A stretch of 21,113 nucleotides of DNA from a virus (lineage: Duplodnaviria; Heunggongvirae; Uroviricota; Caudoviricetes). The stretch lies in IMG/VR virus record IMGVR_UViG_3300032245_001714; one strand, 5' to 3'. Below the pieces are notes generated by a model. It was not told the origin of the DNA. It ran no database searches and saw only the letters and a list, made by a program, of their open reading frames with translations. This document shows positions 20,946 through 21,113 of the stretch, piece after piece. Made by a program: the position numbers and the translations under genes. Within the stretch, counting starts at the first letter, position 1; every line of letters starts with the position of its first letter.

Positions 20946-21006
20946 ATTCTTTTTCCTAGAATAAAAAAATATTTACCAAAAAAAATATTTCTTTAACGAA
21001 TAAAAT

Positions 21007-21043
21007 AAAAAAAGGAGCGAATCAAAATGATTTCACTCCTCTT
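21007..21043 (-). terminator. Intrinsic terminator
   Basis: GGAG-GAATCA/TGATTTC-CTCC stem plus T7. Confidence 0.65.
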
Positions 21044-21113
21044 CTGAAAATTGGGCTTATGCGTTTATATATTCAACTCCAGTGCCATTTTTCGATCTCC
21101 TCCAATTGTTTCA

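Noticed and set aside
21050-21113. 3' end of a gene entering from the right edge
   Set aside because: All three minus frames are open for a similar short length, so the frame cannot be assigned.
1-21113. Site-specific recombinase, transposase or known defence/anti-defence gene
   Set aside because: I recognised no catalytic motif of these families, so any enzyme acting on the palindromes must be encoded elsewhere or be unrecognised.

Overview
Accessory/early region of a large tailed phage that very probably infects a Bacteroidota host. About 18 minus-strand promoters carry the Bacteroidota -7 element TAnnTTTG, and leaders are A/C-rich with no Shine-Dalgarno. All credible genes (~48, mostly small hypotheticals) lie on the minus strand. 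Recognisable products are a holin-like membrane protein, PspC-domain, DUF6011-like, Myb/SANT-like HTH, DUF4313-like and DUF932-like proteins, a RadA/Sms-like ATPase, a stand-alone LacI-type HTH, a lipoprotein and a tRNA-Ile(UAU). The most striking signal is non-coding. Gene blocks between 1.9 and 12.9 kb are separated by a stereotyped module: an intrinsic terminator ending T7-GTGGG, then 38-51 nt, then a 21-bp palindrome GGAACCGTTG-N-CAACGGTTCC (10 full copies), then usually a promoter 80-100 nt further on. Half-sites of this palindrome mark the junctions of a 75-bp tandem duplication and the ends of a 101-bp inverted-repeat element, which suggests, but does not prove, a recombination/cassette-shuffling site. 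A second 40-bp dispersed repeat (4 copies) and a repeat-rich 0.85-kb non-coding hub are also present. No recombinase gene is visible in the window. Family names come from motif recognition by eye, not database searches.
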